Part shown: positions 51,331-63,637 of the stretch, piece by piece
Position numbering within the stretch: position 1 is the stretch's first letter
Layout: the number at the start of each line of letters is the position of its first letter
DNA from: Azolla caroliniana
Lineage: Eukaryota > Plantae > Polypodiophyta
Length of the DNA: 64,000 nt
Assembly: GCA_043228905.1 (NCBI GenBank)
Contig: JBHGNT010000005.1
Location: 21,266,001 to 21,330,000, forward strand
Direction of reading: 5' to 3'
The notes under the pieces: model-generated
The model's database searches: none
Seen by the model: the letters and a program-made list of their open reading frames with translations, nothing else
What the model was told of the DNA's origin: nothing
Made by a program: the position numbers and the translations under genes

Positions 51331-54300
51331 CTCTTCCACTGCATAGAATCATCACTGATTCTTTACATGGTATCAGAGCAATTGGTAGCTTGATCCAAGC
51401 TCATCGCCTGTGTTGTGTCTATCTTGTGTTCATATAGAACTGACTGATCATTGTAGCAACAACCTGCATAGTTCGAATAAAGAGAAGAAGAAGTTCGACA
51501 TGAACGCTTAGATGGGAAATCGGTCCTCCTATAGAGAAACTTGTTGGGAAATCGGTCCCTCTGGATGGGATCCAGTTATGAATGAAGAGGACCCAGTGAG
51601 AACCGGAAGAGATCCGGAAACCGGATTGGATGGACCCGGTGAGAACCGGAAGAGATAAGACATATTTGTAAATATGTTTTGCGTAAGCCTATTGAGGCTA
51701 TATTTGTAAATATCCCTAAGTTCATATAAGTATAAATATGACTTAGGACAATCACTTTATGAGTGGTTGTTGTGTGTTGTTGTATGTTGTTGTCATATTG
51801 TTGTAACTGTTGTACATGGAGCGACAGAGAGGGAGAGTGTGAGATACAGAGTGATACTCTGTTGTAACCGCTGGTTGGCGAAGATATAGAGCTCGAGGTC
51901 GTTGCCTCCGAGGGTTTGATTGTACCTTTCCCTTATAGTGATAGTTGGAGTTCATGGGCTCCCGTGGTTTTTCCCATTTAGGGTTTTCCACATAAACATC
52001 CTGTGTATTTCCTTGTGCACTCTCCATTTTCATTTTTGCGTTTTCATTCTCATCGAAGTGATTCAAGTCTCGGTTGTCGCCGAGCAATATTCTACGCGAT
52101 TCTCTTCAATCTGGTATCAGAGCGAACGACACAGGAAATGGAAGAATCATTCGGTGGCATGTTCAAGCTCACCGACTCCAACTACTCAGTGTGGAAGTCG
52201 AAGATGAGGGATATGCTGGTGGTTAAAGATCTTTGGTTGCCGATTCAGTTCGGGGACAAGAGACTGGATAAGATCGACGCCACAGTGTGGGAGGTGATGC
52301 ACATGAAGACGATGGCATACATCCGGTGCTTCATTGACATGAGCCTGTACAACAGCTTCAATTAAGAGAGCAAGGCTCATGAACTCTAGGAGAAGATCAG
52401 CATCATGTTCCATAACAAGAATGTTGTTAATCGGGTTTTGGTATTTCCGGAAGCTAGTGAGGTTCCGGTACCAGGACAACTCCAGTATGGCAGAGCACAT
52501 GAATGCCTTCTAGGAGCTAATACATCAAGCAACCTCATTGGAAGTACCTCTCACTGATGAGGTACTCACATTACTCCTGCTCGGTTCCCTCCCAGACAGT
52601 TGGGAGACGTTGGTTGTCACGTTGGGCAACGCTAGGCTGGAAGGAAAGCAGTTGTCCCTAGCAAGGGTAAAATCAAGCTTGCTAGATGAAGAAGCTCACC
52701 GGAAGGACCGGGAGTCTGGAACCGATCCGAAGGCCTTGGTCACGGAAGATGACCACAACCGGGGAAGAGGCCGGTATCAGAGTCCCTGAAACCGGGATAA
52801 ATCGGGGATGAGGTTGAAGTCAAGGGGGAAGCCTAATTGGTTCTAATGTGGGAAGTCAGGGCACTTCCAGAAGAATTGTTGGCATTTCCAAAAGAACTAT
52901 CCGATTCAAAGAAGAGTTCGGACCGAAACGGTTCGGATTGAAGAGGCCCGGATCGGAAGGGAACGTCGGCGATCGTGACAAGTGAAGAAGAGCTGATGCT
53001 CATTACTGAAGAGAATGAGTTAAACCTTGTCGGTGACAAGACAACATGGGTTGTCGATTCCAGAGCGTCGTTCCACCTAACATCGGACCGGAGATGCTTC
53101 TCATCCTACACAGCCGGAGATCACGATTGTGTCCGGATGGGGAATGAAGGGACATGTCGAATTATCGGCATAGGAGATGTGTTGTTGACGACATCAACCG
53201 GATACAAGTTGCTGCTGAAGGATTGCTGACACATTCCGGAGGTTCGACTGAACCTGATATCAGCCGGTCGGCTAGATGATGAAGGCTACACGGGTAGCAT
53301 TCAGAACGGAGTCATGAAGTTCAGCAAAGGGAGCCTAATTGTGGCTCGAGCTCGGAAGGTCAACACACTATACTTGATGCATGCCTAGATATGCCAGGAA
53401 GAGGTGAACGTAGCATCCAACACTGCCGGTGAGCTGTGGCACAGAAGATTGTGTCACATAAGTGAGAAGGGGATGAAGAGGCTTGCCGAAGACAACCTTA
53501 TTCCGGTGAAGGACATGCAACTTGAGAAGTGCACCGATTGCTTGGCCGGCAAGCAAAAACGAACCTCTTTCCGGTCAAGACCACTGATGAGATGGAATGC
53601 ACCACTAGAGCTGGTGCATACCAATGTGTGTCAAGTGGACACGAAGTCACATGCCGGATTGCAGTACTTCGTGACGTTCATAGACGACCACAGCTGGAAG
53701 CTGTGGATCTCACCGTTGAAGACGAAGGATCAAATGCTATCCGTCTTCAAGGAGCTCCATGCTAGAGTGGAAAGAGAAACTGGTCGGAAGCTGAAGGTGG
53801 TTCGAGCAGATAATGGAGGAGAATACCGGGGGTAGTTCGAGGAGTATTGCCGGTCGAAGGGAATCCGGCTCGAATTTACCGTGCTGAAGACACTGGAATT
53901 GAACAGGCTGGCCGAACGGATGAACCGGACCATAGTGGAGAGAGTCTGGAGCATGCTCGCACATGCCAAGTTACCCAAGACGTTTTGGGCTGAGGCGTTG
54001 ATGACGGCGACCTATGTGATAAATAGATCACCCTCAGTTCCCTTGGGAGGAGACTCACCTCAGAAAATATTGACCAGTAAAGATTTATATTACCAGCATC
54101 TGAAGGTGTTTAGGTGTCTCACATACGTGCATGTGGCAAAGGACAAGAGAGCAAAGCTGGATCCGAAGTCCTGGCCATGCATATTCCTTGGATACGGCGA
54201 TGATGAGTTTGGTTACCGGGTCTAGGATCTGGTGGACAAGAAGGTGTTCAAGAGTCAGGACATAGTCTTCATGGAAGATAGGACCATTGCCAACTGGGAG

Positions 54301-57300
54301 TCGGAGAAGAAGATGATCAACTCCGGATCATCCAATGAAAATTGGCTTGAGGACACAAGGACCTACCTGGTTGAAAACCGGATGTTAGCTGGTAACCGGA
54401 TGACACTCGACAAACCGACTGGATACAGACAGGAAACCGAATTGACTGAAGAAGAAGAAGAAGACACCAGAACCGGACAAGATCCTGAATCAAATTCAGA
54501 TTCGTAACAGACGGAGGAACCTGTAGTCAGAAACCAAGGACGGAGATATCCTCTCCGAGAGAGAAGAGCCCCCCGGAGATTTCCGGATGCAAAGCATGTG
54601 TTGCTAACCGATGAGGGGGAGCTGGAAAGCTTTGAAGAAGCAAAGAGAGATACCCACAACCACAAGTGGTTGAGTGCCATGGAGGACGAGATGGATTCCC
54701 TGCATGAGAACCACATGTATGAACTGACGGAGTTGCCGAAAGGGAAGAGAGCACTCCGGAACAAGTGGGTGTACAAGCTGAAACCAAGAGACGCCGGAAA
54801 TCCACCAAGGTACAAAGCCTGGATCGTGGTGAAGGGCTTCCAGCAGAAGTAAGGAGTGGACATCGATGAGATCTTTGCCCCGATAGTAAAGATGACATCC
54901 ATCCAGACGGTATTGGGCATAACGGCAAGCATGGACCTCGAGGTAGAGCAACTGGACGTCAAGATGACATTCCTACATGGTGACCTCGAAGAAGAGATCT
55001 ACACGTATCAACTGGAAGGATTTGAGAAGAAAGGGAAGGAGCACCTGGTGTGCCGGCTAAAGAAGAGCTTATACGGACTGAAGCAAGCTCCCCAGCAATG
55101 GTACCGGAAGTTTGACTCCTTCATGACTGACCAAGGGTAGCACAAAACGCAAGCTGATCACTGCGAGTTTGTGAAGAAATTTGATGGAGGAGATTTCTTG
55201 ATACTCCTATATGTAAATGATATGCTAATCGTCGAACGAGACCAAGGCAAGATTCGGATGCTGAAGAAGGCTCTGAACCGGACCTTCTCAATGAAAGACT
55301 TGGGTCCGGCAAGACAGATATTAGGAATGCACATAATCCAGGACCGGTCAAAGAAGCTGTTGTGGTTGTCACAAGAGAAGCACGTTACAAAGGTGCTTCA
55401 ACGGTTCAACATGTCGGCGGCGAAACCGGTCGGGTCGACACTTTCGGCAAACTGTAAGCTATCCGGAAAACAAAGCACGAGGACAAAGGCGGAGAAGACG
55501 GATATGATGAAGATACCATATGCCTTTGCCTTTGGAAGCTTGATGTACGCGATGGTATGTACCCGGCCGGATATCGGATATGCAGTCGGAGTGGTGAGCC
55601 AGTTCATGAGCAATCCCAGAAAAGAGCATTGGGATGTGGTCAAGTGGATACTCCGGTATCTGAAAGCCACCTCAAGTATGTGTCTCCAGTTCGGCTCCGG
55701 TAATCCCCAACTTGATGGATTCACAGATTCAGATATGTCGGCTGATGCGGATACCAACCGGTCCACTTCCGGATATGTCATGACTTATGTAGGGGGAGCT
55801 GTTTCGTGGCAATCGAGGCTGCAGAAGATGGTTGCGTTGTCAACCACGAAGGCGGAGTACATGGAAGCTGTGGAAGCCAACAAGGAGATAATCTGAATGA
55901 AGGACTTCATCGCAGAGCTAGGGATCCAATAGGAGGAATACCGGCTTTACTGAGATTGTCAAAGCGCCATCCACCTTGTGAAGAATGCAACCTACCATTC
56001 CCAGACAAAACATATCCAACGGAGGTACCACTGGATTTGGGAGAGAGTTGAAGATCAAGAGTTTGTGCTGACGAAGATCCACACGGAGGAGAATGGGTTG
56101 GACATGTTGACCAAGGTGTTGACAACAGACAAGTTGGACGCGTGCCGAAAGCGGATCGGGTTGACAAGACATCCCATGCCGGAGTGAAGGGGGAGATTGT
56201 TGGGAAATTGGTCCCTCCGGATGGGATCCGGTTATGAATGAAGAGGACTCGGTGAGAATCGGAAGAGATAAGACATATTTGTAAATATGTTTTGAATAAG
56301 CCTATTGAGGCTATATTTGTAAATAGCCCTAAGTTCATATAAGTATAAATATGACTTAGGGCAGTCACTTTATGAGCGACAGAGAGGGAGAGTGAGATAT
56401 AGAGTGATACTCTGTTGTAACCACCGGTTGGCGAAGATACAGAGCTCAAGGTTGTTGCCTCCAAGGCTCTGATTGTACCTTTCCCTTATAGTGATAGTTG
56501 GAGTCCATGGGCTCCTATGGTTTTTCCCATTTAGGGTTTTCCATGTAAACATCTTGTGTATTTCCTTGTGCACTCTCCATTTTCATTTCTGTGGTTTCAT
56601 TCTCATCGAAGTGATTCAAGTCTCGGTTGTGGCCGAGAAATATTCCGCGTGATTCTCTTCAAAACTCAACAGAAACAATTTTGCATCTTGGGCGTACAAG
56701 ATGCACTAATACTTTATCGGTCAATGCTATTGGAGTTATGTCGAAGGAGCAAATGAAAATCAGCCCAATCCAGCACATGCGAACCATCCAAGTTGGGAGC
56801 AAGCAACGAGTCGGGTGCTATACTGCCTTGCATCATGCGTCCATGATCACATGCTCGGCTTAATCCGAGAGGCCAAAATGCCAAAAGAGGCGTGGGGGAA
56901 CCTCAAGAAGATATTCATGGCATACACAACCACATGAAAGCTTCAACTCTGCCAAGAGTTGAATAGTATTCAACAGAGTGATATGTCGATCGACAACTAC
57001 ACCTTGAAGATCAAGGAGTTGTGCAACTCCCTTGGGTTGATCAATGTCAACATTGCTGACAAGGACATGGTACAAATATGCCTCAATAGCTTGGCACCAC
57101 ATTTCAACGCCATTCAATCGGCCGTCCTCGCAAGGGAGAAGTCTCCCTCCTTCTTCAATCTCCAATCGATGTTGTTGGTGGAAGAAAACCACATCCGAAC
57201 GAGAGGCAACACATCTGACGGACAAATGCTTTACACAAACTCGGAAAAAGGAAGAGGACAAGGCCATGGAAGAAGGGGCCAACTAGGCCAAGGTCGGTAC

Positions 57301-57336
57301 AACCAAAGGCAACCCCGGGAACAAAACTTCAACTAC
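50979..57336 (+). mobile_element. Ty1/copia B: 5' LTR (50979-51367), Met PBS and gag (51512-51541 plus 56662-57336), split by copia C and 3'-truncated
   Basis: GTTGAGAATCA...TGATTCTTTACA termini; PBS at 51368. Gag reads PIEK|LNRNNFASWAYKMH...EAWGNLKKIF...LQSMLLVEE across the AAACT TSD. Confidence 0.85.
51542..56661 (+). mobile_element. Full-length Ty1/copia C (Tnt1/Tork-like) with 5-bp TSD AAACT; many stops
   Basis: LTRs at 51542-52108 and 56198-56661; PBS TGGTATCAGAGC at 52112; PPT GAAGGGGGAGA before 56198. AAACT at 51537-51541 and 56662-56666. Gag-PR-INT-RT-RH motifs include WHRRLCH, ADNGGEY, QLDVK and FTDSD. Confidence 0.96.
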
Positions 57337-58590
57337 TGTTACCGTATGAGATGTATGGAGAGTTAAGGGTGAAGAGACCTAATGTTGTTGTTGTGTATGT
57401 GTAAATGTGTACAAGTGTAATTGTGAGTGTGAGTAGAACTACGTATGTGAACACATGCACGCGTGTGTGCACGTGGACAGATAAGAAGAGGTGTGAGTGA
57501 GTGATTAGTGTGAATGGCCAAGGGGGCTTGCACCCCTATGTATCTATCCTCTTGTAACTATTTAAACCCCTCTTGGGGAATGAAGCAAAATGAGTAAGTT
57601 CTCTCTTAATATCTCTCCCTCTCTTTGACACCTTTTCTCTTCTCTCTTCCTCTCTCACATTGAACCCCCTTGGGAGGGGGGTGGAGCCATTCTAGGCACC
57701 ACCCCCCATCCTACAATGCTTATCAATCTCGCCATCACATCATTCATCATCACTAGCATCATCATCGCTAACCCTATTCCTACCTTTATAACCATTATCA
57801 ATAACCCTAACCCTAAAACATACAACACTATTTTGGCACACCCGATGGGACCTTTCAAGCCTACGACAATGCGTATCGGAAACCGGTATATTATCGTAGA
57901 CACGGATTATTGTACAAAGTGGAAGCGAAGGCGCTCCGGAACAACAACGCGACATCCATGATGAAGTTCTTATATGAGTACATCTGATGCCGGTATGGCT
58001 GCCCGATCAAGCTAATCAATGACCAAGGCGAACACTTCATAACGCAAGTGGTGGAAGGTCTGACGACATTCTATGCAGTGGTCCACCAAAAGAGCACACC
58101 TTACAACCCACAAGCGAAGGGATTAGCGGAATCAACCAACAAAACGCTTCAGAATATCCTTCGGAAGATTGTGAATGAGAACTAGAAGGATTGGGATACG
58201 AAATTGCACAGTGCGTTGTGGGCATACCAGCCAACATACAAAACGAGCATCCGGTTGACACCATTCCGATTGGCATTCGGGCTAGAAGCGGTCATGCCCA
58301 TGGAATTCCAGATTCCTAGTATGTGGATACAGGTCTGGGAACGGTTGAGTGAGAAAGAGTTGGAGCGGATCCGATTGGACACGTTGTGCGAATTGGAAGA
58401 ATACCGGATAGTCAGCTTGTTGCAGCTAGAGTTGGAACATCGGCGACGGAAGGCATTCGTCGATCGACACTGGAAGGCGAACGAGAAGGAATTTGGAATC
58501 GGAAAACCGGTATTGGTGTTTCAAACCCAGATGGGAAGCAATCCGGGGAAGCTGAGGTTCCGGTGGACCGGACCAGTTTGGATCACCCGG
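57337..58590 (+). mobile_element. LTR-like segment (from TGTTACCG) followed by a non-chromovirus Ty3/gypsy integrase fragment
   Basis: RYIIVDTDYCTKW, CRYGCP..LINDQG, STPYNPQAKGLAESTNK, ALWAY..YKTS..LTPFRLAFGLEAVMP and KLRFRWTGP at 57841-58590. Confidence 0.8.
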
Positions 58591-59955
58591 TGTCATGGAG
58601 AAAACCGTCCCTAGGAGGAATTGAGGAATAAAGGGCGTGAACTGGCCCTTCCACGTGTGCGTGTGTTTGTGGTTTGTACATAACTAGGATGCAATCGGCC
58701 GTTGTGAATATACTAGGTAAGCATGCATTGAATGGTCTTGGGAATCGAAGTATATCCCAGACCGAAGGGACATGGGAGTAAAGCAGTGAATCAGGGTATA
58801 ACGCCCCCCCCGCCCCCCTTTGACGACCTATAAAAGGGAGGGGAGAAGACAAAAGGGATATAGATTTTATTTTGGGAAGGACGAAGTGTTGTCGGAGAAC
58901 CGAGCTCTCTCTCCTCTGTTTACCTACCTTCTAATCAGTCTTTGCAGGGTTTCTGTGTCTGTGTCTGGCTAGCTAGTTGTAACCGAGAAAATTTTGTAAT
59001 CCAAACTGTCGTTGTAATTGAGACTTCTTGTGTCTTCTTGTCTGTGTTTTCCCCACTGTGTGGGTGTGTATTTGACTAATCTGTGTATGCATAAAACGAT
59101 TCGATCATCCGGTGAGGGCTACCTGCAGCTATCTCTCTCTCTCTCTTCCTACACTCCTTGGTTCAGGATCCCCGTGATCCCGCCTTATCCCTTACGCACA
59201 ACCGTAGCAACATGAAATATATTTGGTGAACCCGACGTGAATCAAGGTGGTAGAGGAGTAAGAAGATGCGAGGATCAGAGCTCGCTGAAGCCATGGTGGT
59301 AGCGGTTGACCGGATAGTGAGTGCTCGTGAGGGCTCGGGCACCCTTGATAGAGCCGTCGAAGCGATTGTCAGTACGATAGGCCGGTTCAGTGGGAGAGAC
59401 GCCACGAGCTATTTGGAATCCTACTGGGCCAAGATGGTGATGAGAGACATTCCGGAAGAAAGGCGTCTCGCTGGGTTCCCTTGGGTAGCGACAACGGGCA
59501 TCCACGCAGAGGTGCTCGAGGTGCATGCTGGATGCTGGACCTGGGGAGAATTTGAAGCACAACTCCTCGAGTGGTATGGGTTTGATGACACGTTTCGATT
59601 GTCGAAGCGGGACTTTATGGATTGGGTAGAAACCCTAGAAAAGGGGAGGAATGCATTGGTGCTCCTCCGGGAGTTCGAGAAATGCTTCGCACGACTTTCG
59701 ACGCTGGACAAGACCGTACTGGACACAAGCCGTGTCCTTTTATTCGTCAAAGCTGTGGACGTGTGGGATTGGGAACAAGTGGGACTCCTGCTGGAGATGG
59801 ACTGTGGGTTGACGGCCGACTGGGCCGTGGTAAAGGGGGTTTGCGGACGTTTCGACAAATGGCGTGAGTGGGTCGACAAGGGCTCGTCGGGGGCAGGAGG
59901 GGTTGTGGCAAGAAACCTCGAAGGATCCCCGACGGCGCGCAAAGAGGAAACCCGG
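58591..59955 (+). mobile_element. Second family of tRNA-Trp-primed Ty3/gypsy: 5' LTR (~58591-59217), PBS at 59224 and N-terminal gag; truncated
   Basis: Same PBS, TGGTGAACCCGACGTGAA. Gag IGRFSGRDATSYLESY...FMDWVETLEKG aligns by eye with IRQFNGKNVSRYLRDY...FADWLETPDKG at 13.6-13.9 kb. The LTR sequence is unrelated to the first family. Confidence 0.85.
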
Positions 59956-60233
59956 TGTCGCGTTATTACGCGCGTGCGTGTGGAAGGGGCGGGACCACGG
60001 GGGTCTCGGACGAGGGAGAAAAGGGATGCCAAGAAAACTGACACTGGACATGACCCGGATGCAACCGAATCTTGAACCAACAAGGAAGAATAACAACAAC
60101 CTGTTTAAAAGTCTGCCCTAAGTCATATTTATACTAATATGACTTTTCGGCTATTTACAAATGTAGCCACAATGGGCTCTCAGAAACATATTTACGAATA
60201 TGTCTCTTCCTCCGGTTCATACCGGTTCTGCAC

Positions 60234-60393
60234 CATCCAGCTCTCCGTAGCCGGGTACTCCTCATCCGGTTTACACCGGGCCTGTATCATCCGGCTCTCC
60301 GTAGCCGGGTACTCCTCATCTGGTTCACACCGGGCCTGTATCATCCGGCTCTCCGTAGCCGGGTACTCCTCATCTGGTTCACACCGGGCCTGT
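60234..60393. repeat. 54-bp tandem repeat, 3 copies, in the U3 of the copia D LTR
   Basis: Units start at 60234, 60288 and 60342. Confidence 0.93.
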
Positions 60394-60451
60394 CGGCACT
60401 GTTCTTCTCCCTTCCCATCCAGAGGGACCTGTCTCCCAACAAACTCCCCCT

Positions 60452-63400
60452 TCACTCCGGCATGGGGTGTCTTACCAGTCTGATTCTCTTCCGGCATGCA
60501 TCCAGCTTGTCGGGTGTCAGCACTTTGGTCAGCATATTTGACCCGTTCTCGGCCGTGTGGATCTTCGTCAGTGCGAACTCCTGGTCATCTACTCTTTCCC
60601 GGATCCAGTGATACCTCCGCTGGATATGCTTCGTCCGGGAATGGTAGGCCGCATTTTTAGCAAGGTGGATGGCACTTTGACTGTCGCAATAGAGTCGATA
60701 TTCCTCTTGCCGTATACCGAGCTCTCCGATGAAGTCCTTCATCCATAATATTTCCTTGCCGGCTTCCACAACTGCCATGTACTCCGCCTCTGTGGTTGAC
60801 AATGCAACCGTCTTCTGCAACCTCGATTGCCACGAAACAGCTCCCCTTGCATATGTCATCACATACCCGGATGTAGACCGGCTGGTATCCACATCAGCCG
60901 ACATGTCCGAATCGGTGAAACCGTCCAGTTGAGGTTTTCCGGAGCCGAATTGGAGACACATATCTGAAGTGCCCTTCAAATACCGGAGTATCCACTTGAC
61001 CGCGTTCCAGTGCTCCTTGCCGGGATTGCTCATAAACCGGCTCACCACTCCGACTGCGTATCCAATGTCCGATCGAGTACAAACCATTGCGTACATCAAG
61101 CTCCCGACGGCAGAGGCATATGGGATCTTCATCATACCCGCCTTCTCTGCTTTCATCCTCGGGCTTTGCTTACCGGATAGCTTGCAGTTTGCCGGAAGTG
61201 TCAATCCGACCGGTTTCGCTTTTGACATGTTGAACCGGTGAACCACCTTTGTCACGTACTTCTCCTGTGACAGCCATAATTGCTTCGCTTTCCGGTTACG
61301 GATGATGTGCATCCCCAACATCTGTCTTGCCGGACCCAAGTCTTTCATTGAGAAGGTCCGGTTTAGAGCCTTCTTCAGCATCCGTATTTTGACTTGGTCA
61401 CGTCCGACGATCAACATGTCATCCACGTATAGGAGGAGTATTAAGAAGTCACCTCCTTCGAACTTCTTCACAAACACGCAGTGATCGGCCTGCGTCTTGT
61501 GGTACCCTTGATCGGTCATGAAGGAGTCGAACTTTCGATACCATTGCCGGGGAGCCTGCTTCAGTCCGTGTAGGCTCTTCTTCAACCGGCATACCAAGTG
61601 CTCCTTGCCTTTCTCCACAAATCCTTCCGGTTGCTGCATGTAGATCTCCTCTTCGAGGTCGCCGTGAAGGAATGCCGTCTTCACGTCCAGCTGCTCTACC
61701 TCGAGGTCCATGCTTGCTGCTATACTCAGCACCGTCCGGATGGAGGTCATCTTTACTACCGGGGCAAATATCTCGTCGAAGTCCACGCCCTTCTTCTGTT
61801 GGAACCCCTTCACTACGATCCTGGCTTTGTATCTCGGGGGGTTGCCGGCATCTCCCGGTTTCACCTTGTACACCCACTTGTTTCGGAGTGCCCGCTTTCC
61901 TTTCGGCAACTCCACCAATTCGTATGTATGGTTCTCATGCAGGGAATCCATCTTGTCCTGCATGGCACTTAACCATTTTCGGTTGTGGGTGTCTTCCTTC
62001 ACTTCTTCGAAGCTTTCCGGCTCCCCCTCATCGGTCAGCAGAACATGCTCTGCATCCGGAAATCTCCGGGGTGCCCTTCTCTCTCTGAGAGGATATCTCC
62101 GTCTTCGGGCTTCGGTAACTAGCTCCTCCATTTGCTCTTCATCCGAATCCGATTCGGGGTCTTGGCCGGTTCCGGTCTTAGCTTCCTCTACCTCTTCTTC
62201 TGCTGGTTCGGTATCCTCACCGTAACCGGCTGGTTCCTCGAGTGCTAACCGGTCTCTTGCCGGTTGGGTCTGCTCATCATAGAGTCTATCCTTACCGGTC
62301 GACTCGGAGTTCATTATCTTCTTCTCCGACTCCCAGTCGGCGAGCGTCTTGTTCTCCATGAAGATAATATCTTGACTCCGGAATACCTTCTTGTCGACCG
62401 GGTCCCACACTCGGTAGCCGAACTCATCGTCACCGTAACCGAGGAATATGCATGGCCGGGTCTTTGGATCTAGCTTTCCTCTCCGGTCCTTAGCTACATG
62501 CACATACACGAGACACCCGAACACCTTCAGATGCCGGTAGGACACTTCCTTACTGGTCCATACTCTTTGTGGCGTGTCTCCGTCCAAGGGTACTGAGGGT
62601 GATCTGTTTATCACATATGTCGCCGTCGACAGTGCCTCAGCCCAAAACTTCTTGGGTAGTTTTGCATGCGCTAGCATACTCCGGACCCTCTCCATTATGG
62701 TCTGGTTCATCCTCTCGGCCAGTCTGTTTAGTTCCGGCGTCTTCGGCACGGTAAATTCGAGCCGGATTCCCTTCAAGCGGCAGTACTCCTCGAACTGCCC
62801 CCGGTAGTCTCCTCCGTTATCTGCTCGAACCATCTTCAGCTTCCGGCCGGTTTCTCTTTCCACTCTTGCGTGGAGCTCTTTGAAGACGGATAACACCTGA
62901 TCCTTTGTCTTCAACGGTGTGGCCCACAGCTTCCGGCTGTGGTCATCTATGAACGTCATGAAGTATTGCACTCCGGCATGTGACTTCGTGTCTACTTGAC
63001 ACACATCCGTATGCACCAACTCTAGTGGTGCATTACGTCTCACCGGTGGCCTTGATCGAAAGGAGGTCCGGTTCTGCTTACCGGCCAGACAATCAGTGCA
63101 CTTCTCCAAGTGCACGTTCTTCACTGGAATGAGGTTGTCGTCTGCAAGCCTCTTCATCCCCTTCTCGCTCATGTGACATAGCCTTTTGTGCCACAGCTCA
63201 CCGGCACTGTCGGATGCCACGTTCACTTCCTTCGGACATAACTGGGCATTCATCAGGTACATCGTGTTTACCTTCCGGGCCCGAGCCACAATCAGGCTCC
63301 CTTTGCTGAACTTCATAACAACGTTCCAGATGCTACCCATGTAGCCTTCATCATCTAGCCAACCGGCTGATATCAGGTTCAGACGAACCTCCGGAACGTG

Positions 63401-63637
63401 TCGGACATCCTTCAGCAGCAATTTGCATCCGGTTGGTGTTGTCAGCCACACGTCTCCTATGCCGATGATTCGGCATGTTCCTTCATTCCCCATCCGGACA
63501 CAGCCGTGATCACCGGCTGAATAGGATGAGAAGCATTTCCGGTCCGGGGTAAGGTGGAACGACGCTCCGGAGTCTACCACCCAGGTCATCTCGTCGCCGG
63601 CAAGGTTCATCTCACTCTCCTCGGTGATGAGCATCAA
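60452..63637 (-). CDS. Copia pol polyprotein (PR-INT-RT-RNase H), 1061 aa uninterrupted; the frame continues upstream into the gag knuckle
   Basis: WVVDSGAS, LWHKRLCH..CTDC, VHTDV/ADNGG/AERMN, QLDVKTAFL, YVDDML, FTDSD, TEAEY, YCDSQSA. Confidence 0.93.
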   Translation of the reverse strand: MMLITEESEMNLAGDEMTWVVDSGASFHLTPDRKCFSSYSAGDHGCVRMGNEGTCRIIGIGDVWLTTPTGCKLLLKDVRHVPEVRLNLISAGWLDDEGYMGSIWNVVMKFSKGSLIVARARKVNTMYLMNAQLCPKEVNVASDSAGELWHKRLCHMSEKGMKRLADDNLIPVKNVHLEKCTDCLAGKQNRTSFRSRPPVRRNAPLELVHTDVCQVDTKSHAGVQYFMTFIDDHSRKLWATPLKTKDQVLSVFKELHARVERETGRKLKMVRADNGGDYRGQFEEYCRLKGIRLEFTVPKTPELNRLAERMNQTIMERVRSMLAHAKLPKKFWAEALSTATYVINRSPSVPLDGDTPQRVWTSKEVSYRHLKVFGCLVYVHVAKDRRGKLDPKTRPCIFLGYGDDEFGYRVWDPVDKKVFRSQDIIFMENKTLADWESEKKIMNSESTGKDRLYDEQTQPARDRLALEEPAGYGEDTEPAEEEVEEAKTGTGQDPESDSDEEQMEELVTEARRRRYPLRERRAPRRFPDAEHVLLTDEGEPESFEEVKEDTHNRKWLSAMQDKMDSLHENHTYELVELPKGKRALRNKWVYKVKPGDAGNPPRYKARIVVKGFQQKKGVDFDEIFAPVVKMTSIRTVLSIAASMDLEVEQLDVKTAFLHGDLEEEIYMQQPEGFVEKGKEHLVCRLKKSLHGLKQAPRQWYRKFDSFMTDQGYHKTQADHCVFVKKFEGGDFLILLLYVDDMLIVGRDQVKIRMLKKALNRTFSMKDLGPARQMLGMHIIRNRKAKQLWLSQEKYVTKVVHRFNMSKAKPVGLTLPANCKLSGKQSPRMKAEKAGMMKIPYASAVGSLMYAMVCTRSDIGYAVGVVSRFMSNPGKEHWNAVKWILRYLKGTSDMCLQFGSGKPQLDGFTDSDMSADVDTSRSTSGYVMTYARGAVSWQSRLQKTVALSTTEAEYMAVVEAGKEILWMKDFIGELGIRQEEYRLYCDSQSAIHLAKNAAYHSRTKHIQRRYHWIRERVDDQEFALTKIHTAENGSNMLTKVLTPDKLDACRKRIRLVRHPMPE

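Noticed and set aside
57765-57818. Telomere-like AACCCT words
   Set aside because: Only 2-3 imperfect copies in low-complexity sequence.
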